From Glycera tridactyla (taxonomy: Eukaryota): a DNA stretch of 64,000 bases. Of the stretch, positions 59,093 through 64,000 are shown in pieces. Positions within the stretch are counted from its first letter, which is position 1; the number at the start of each line of letters is the position of its first letter. The notes beneath the pieces were generated by a model, which was given only the letters and a program-made list of their open reading frames with translations, was not told where the DNA came from and ran no database searches. Location: assembly GCA_965644265.1 (NCBI GenBank), contig OZ286468.1:98952001-99016000 (forward strand), written 5' to 3'. A program made the position numbers and the translations under genes.

Positions 59093-59895
59093 CGGCTGTG
59101 TCCTTATTGAAGCTTATTTCTGCTTATCGGAATCTGAAGACCACCAACCTCGTTTTGGGATCACCTCCTACGACATCTTGATCTGTGTAAATTGTGAAAT
59201 AAATGTTTGTGTGAAGGGGAAGATTGGTTATATGTAATTTGTTAATTGATTAGCCTCGGTGTAGGCTAATTACTCCATTAGTCATGAAGTAGGCTAGTTA
59301 TCTCACTTCGGGAAATAGCTAAATATTTGCCAATTGTGAGCAATTAGCCTAATGCTAATTGCTAATTAGCTATTACACTCGCTAATTCGTGGCAAACAAG
59401 GCTAATGGGGAATTACGAAGATGGCTACAGTACAATTCCGCCAGGGCGAAATCAAATGATTTCTTAGGCTCTTGGGATGGAAAGGGGCTTCATCCTAAGA
59501 TCTTGAGATTTCCGGTCAATCTTCTTAAGTTGAAGACTAAGCTCTTCTTCACGACCTTAGGTCTCGGTGCCCGGAAATGGGACTCCAGTACTGTGCCTCT
59601 GTACGCTGTAAAACTCCGGGAGAAAATTCCATAGTGGTGCCCAGAGGCACAGGTAGCAAGATTGTACAATTTCCCACAATATAACTTTGTGATAAGAATT
59701 TTTGTTGTGTCTTTATTCTACCGGTGTCATCATGCTTGGCAATTGTGGAAACCATCGGGTCATCAGGAACCCATTCAGGGTCTGAAGAATCCACAAGTGT
59801 CATCTAGGTTTGAGAACATTAAGTCATCATGGGATCATTAAGGGTTTCTCAAGAAGAAGAGAGGAGAAACCAGTCGGATAGGAAAGAGTCAAAAA
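59093..59895 (+). repeat. Split direct repeat B1 (803 bp)
   Basis: Runs from cggctgtgtcc to gagtcaaaaa; direct copy at 60236-61038 (offset 1143). Confidence 0.95.
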
Positions 59896-60195
59896 TTTAA
59901 TTTACGAGTAAATTGTTTTTTGAGGAATGTATAAGGATTAATTTTAGAGGCCTGACTCAGTAGCTCCGCGAGAGGTCAGGATATTTATTAGCGAGTCCGT
60001 TTATAGGCTTCCAGGAATTTTGTGAAATATGACAGTATGCAAGTTTGGTGTGTTTATTTATGACCTTGATATCAGGAGTTTTGTTTGAGAAAAAGCTTTT
60101 TGTTTTAGGGGTTTTTGTCAAAATAGAGGGCGCTTTTGCGCCCTATATAAGGCCAAGAGGCCACGCGATCGACCTCACTTCCAGTTTTTCTCGAA
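59896..60195 (+). repeat. Split direct repeat A2
   Basis: Directly abuts B1 and is followed by a 40 bp unique C-rich spacer (60196-60235) before B2. Confidence 0.95.
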
Positions 60196-60235
60196 CCACC
60201 ACCACCCCACCACCACCAGTTGTTGAACGCAGAGA

Positions 60236-61038
60236 CGGCTGTGTCCTTATTGAAGCTTATTTCTGCTTATCGGAATCTGAAGACCACCAACCTCGTTCTG
60301 GGATCACCTCCTACGACATCTTGATCTGTGTAAATTGTGAAATAAATGTTTGTGTGAAGGGGGAGATTGGTTATATGTAATTTGTTAATTGATTAGCCTC
60401 GGTGTAGGCTAATTACTCCATTAGTCATGAAGTAGGCTAGCTATCTCACTTTGGGAAATAGCTAATTTATTGCCAATTGTGAGCAATTAGCCTAATGCTA
60501 ATTGCTAATTAGCTATTACACTCGCTAATTCGTGGCAAACAAGGCTAATGGGGAATTACGAAGATGGCTACAGTACAATTCCGCCAGGGCGAAATTAAAT
60601 GATTTCTTAGGCTCTTGGGATGGGAAGGGGCTTCATCCTAAGATCTTGAGATTTCCGGTCAATCTTCTTAAGTTGAAGACTAAGCTCTTCTTCACGACCT
60701 TAGGTCTCGGTGCCCGGAAATGGGACTCCGGTACTGTGCCTCTGTACGCTGTAGAACTCCGGGAAAAAATTCCATAGTGGTGCCCAGAGGCACAGGTAGC
60801 AAGATTGTACAATTTCCCACAATATAACTTTGTAATAAGAATTTTTGTTGTGTCTTTATTCTACCGGTGTCATCATGCTTGGCAATTGTGGAAACTATCG
60901 GGTCATCAGGAACCCATTCAGGGTCTGAAAAATCCACAAGTGTCATCTAGGTTTGAGAACATTAAGTCATCATGGGATCATTAAGGGTTTCTCAAGAAGA
61001 AGAGAGGAGAAACCAGTCGGATAGGAAAGAGTCAAAAA
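60236..61038 (+). repeat. Split direct repeat B2
   Basis: Copy of B1; the element ends at gagtcaaaaa|cattg. Confidence 0.95.
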
Positions 61039-61730
61039 CATTGTTATCGGGTCATGGTCGACCCATTAGCCAACAACCGCACTAACAGAAAATATGGACA
61101 ACGCAACTTGGCATCATATATATGAGTGGACTTTCGATATCTTCTATATCCTGCGTTTAGAAATGTGATCACGATCAAGTTTATTTGTATATTTCACCCT
61201 GGTGGCTGATGATGTTGATTCCACACAAAATTTATAACAGGGAGGCGACCGTTTCGTATGGATTCGCGGCCAGAGATTAGCGGATAATGACATGACCCTG
61301 CAATCAGATCACCAACATTCATGCAGTGTGTATGGAATCAGGTTGGATGAGCACTTGGGGTCCTTTAGAGTACAGCTGTACCATTGGAACCATCACAGGA
61401 TCAAACATGGTGTTCTGAACAATATAGAAGTATTTGACGCATTCAGATTTGATTATGGCAAGAAACAATGGGGTATTGGTCGTCATGTTATACACCACAA
61501 GTGAAGAGGGGTGAATATTTGCAGGGCCAATAGCCAATGGTTTCCTGCACATTTACCATGAATTAACATCTCAGTATTGATTTACGGAACGCAATGGCTA
61601 CTGGGGGATCAAATGCGTCCCGACAACAAGGGTGTCAGCAGTAGAAAACAGTCACGTGACTGCGCATTATCGTAGACATGTGCCAGTGGTCCGACAAGTC
61701 ATACACAACCTCCCAATTTGATAATAGTAA

Positions 61731-61815
61731 TAATAATGATAATGATAATCATGATAATAATGATAATTATAATTATAATGATAATTATGATGATAATTTT
61801 GATAATTATGATAAT
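61731..61815. repeat. (AAT/GAT)n trinucleotide tract
   Basis: Read directly. Confidence 0.9.
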
Positions 61816-62130
61816 AGCGATTCATATGGCACCAATATCCATAGCATGTTCGAAAGGGAAAAACATACATGTCTACCAGCCTCCACGATTCAATAGTGGG
61901 ATAATATGACATGGGGTCATTGAATATATTATTATCATTTTTTTTTCAGAGCATCGTCACAATAATCCTGGTACCGTCGAATAGGATCGGAAGTCCATAT
62001 CTTTGAAGTGATCAACTCTCCATGACTGTGACCGTGGTGATATTTTCAACAGTAAATGACCTCTGAACGGATCCCAAATGCCTATAATAGGCATTTTTTG
62101 TGCGGCCGAAGACTGTATGGAAGAAAGCAC

Positions 62131-62205
<75 letters not shown>

Positions 62206-62207
62206 AT
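62131..62207. repeat. (TA)n microsatellite
   Basis: Read directly. Confidence 0.95.
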
Positions 62208-62625
62208 CGAGGGGGTTGAAGGACAAGACATGTGATGGACCATTCCTAGGATGTCATTTTTGTCTGACTCAATCGCAGTCAGAAGCGTGCCCAGTAGGAA
62301 TTCCAACGACAACATGGAGTTTGCCATATTCCATTAGTCGGTTTCACGAGCAGTCTACGTCCTGCGACCAGAGATTTGAACCATATGTTCATATGTCAAA
62401 GTTATTACCATGGGTGCCATAATTCAAGGATCTTCCTCCTCTCTGATTGAAGTTGAAATGATATAAAGGTCACAACCACTTATGGGTGTTATGGCAGGCC
62501 GGCTAAGTTTGGATACTCTCTGTTCGTATAGTAAAAAGACCAGGTCGTAACACATTCATCATCTCACAAACATACATGGGGTTCATTCGCTTAGAGTTAA
62601 CGGCATTAATCAACCCAACGGAGTA

Positions 62626-62680
62626 CAGTCTGACCTGCTCTGGAGACCACGTGCCTATAGAGACCACCTGCCTATGAATA
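62626..62680 (+). mobile_element. MITE left-end fragment of the same superfamily
   Basis: TA|cagtctgacctgctctggagaccacgtgcctatagagaccacctg. Confidence 0.5.
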
Positions 62681-63353
62681 ATACCCGGAGCTGCGACTGT
62701 GATAGTCTTTTCAGTATCTTTTTTTCTCTACATATGTATAATTATTTTTTTTACGGAATTATGCTAATTTGAAAAGCCACCTTGTTTGGTGATCAGCACA
62801 CAAAAAAACAGATGATCAGTGAAATAAATCACCCTGATGGATAGATTTGGTTTCACACCTCAGACTGAATAATTTTTCCACAAAGATAATTCCACTTTGA
62901 TCAAATGATAATGATGTTTTATTTGTTCGTGTTTGTATGGCGAGATTCATCGAATCTGTTTTCTGCATGCTCTCGTGGAGATTCGACTTTCATATGGCAA
63001 TTCATTCGTTATTGTGTACACCCCTGATATCATAGGTATATGGCCATCGCCCACAGATTCAACCAACCACCTGAGGCATATACTGCCTCTCCAACAAGTT
63101 TGGACCTGACTGTATGCCTGATCAGATAAGAAGATATGTGGGTTGCGGCCTCACCTGCCGTTGACTGATAAACAATGAGACATTCACATTTCCCATAGAA
63201 ACTGAGCTATTCTGGGGATACTGCCGCATTATGTCTTTTCCAGAAATACACTTCTCAAGGATTTCTGTGATACAGGTGTTGGCACTTGAGATGAGAGCGG
63301 TATCAAGTGAGTATCAGTGTAGGAGGGGTGATAAGGCAACCGGTAGCTGTCGG

Positions 63354-63645
63354 TGGTGGTGGTCAACGTCGTTGTTGTTGTTGTTGTGGTGGTGGTGGTG
63401 GTGGTGGTGGTGGTGGTTCTGATGGAGGTGNNNNNNNNNNNNNNNNNNNNNNNNNNNNNNNNNNNNNNNNNNNNNNNNNNNNNNNNNNNNNNNNNNNNNN
63501 NNNNNNNNNNNNNNNNNNNNNNNNNNNNNNNNNNNNNNNNNNNNNNNNNNNNNNNNNNNNNNNNNNNNNNGGTTGTGATGGTGCTGGTGGTTGTAGTGGG
63601 GATGGTGCGAATGGTGGTTATGTTGGTGATGGTGGTGGTGGTGCA
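63354..63645. repeat. (GGT/GTT)n trinucleotide tract, partly N
   Basis: Read directly on both sides of the N-run 63431-63570. Confidence 0.9.
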
Positions 63646-64000
63646 TCAAATATGATGTGTTCAGAGAGAAATTGTGTCTAATCATGCCTGGTGGGACACT
63701 CTTGTCTGATGTATGATATTTTCGTTCAATGGTTAGATTAATGTTCGAATGTCCATGATGTCCCTGCATGCAGAGCTTGGTTTGTTCAATACAATGTGAC
63801 TGGTTATATGTGTGTTAAATCCTCATACAGGAGAGGACTATCTTTCCCCATTTATTGAGTGTTTGTACAGAGACTTGTTCTTTCATATCTGATCTGATGC
63901 AATATGATTTATGGTTTTTTTTCGCCCATCTATACTACCAGAGTTGGTCAACATTAAGCTTTGTGAATGCTATGAGGTCGGAATGATGGATTCTTATATC

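Larger units (their letters stand above)
53470..61038 (+). mobile_element. Ngaro-type tyrosine-recombinase (DIRS order) retrotransposon, full length, with split direct repeats A1-[SGNH, gag, RT/RH, YR]-B1-A2-B2
   Basis: A1 53470-53769 matches A2 59896-60195 (about 5 differences in 300 bp). B1 59093-59895 matches B2 60236-61038 (about 2% different over 803 bp). The internal overlapping ORFs carry gag zinc-finger, RT, RNase H and YR motifs. I see no methyltransferase domain after RNase H. Split direct repeats without a methyltransferase fit Ngaro rather than DIRS1 or PAT. Confidence 0.93.

Noticed and set aside
59389-59634. 81-aa ORF in repeat B (and its copy at 60532-60777), plus the antisense 84-aa ORF
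   Set aside because: It has a GTG start and no clear domain. It is duplicated only because B is duplicated, and the differences between copies include several non-synonymous changes.

Overview
Eukaryotic, repeat-rich window of roughly 40% GC, probably from a marine invertebrate (inferred from repeat content only). N-runs sit at simple-sequence tracts, so ORFs crossing them are artefacts. I could not confidently identify any host gene. The main feature is a full-length tyrosine-recombinase retrotransposon of the Ngaro type at 53470-61038 (+). It has split direct repeats (A1 - ORFs - B1 - A2 - B2), a gag-like ORF, RT/RNase H and a tyrosine recombinase; gag and the recombinase are disrupted. It also carries an intact SGNH/GDSL hydrolase ORF placed upstream of gag. 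That ORF sits inside what looks like an intron, between a TATA/Inr promoter at the end of repeat A1 and a splice acceptor directly before the gag ATG, and has its own AATAAA and G-quadruplex-like tract. The rest of the window holds an ~8.5 kb tandem duplication with mosaic divergence (4026-22530), four minisatellites (24, 40, 114 and 26 bp units), a dead 5'-truncated CR1/L2-type LINE (minus strand, 38040-39790), a dense cluster of about 10 TA-flanked Tc1/mariner-type MITEs including a nested pair (45956-51085), and GC-rich hairpin elements at 44.6 kb and 51.5-52.8 kb.
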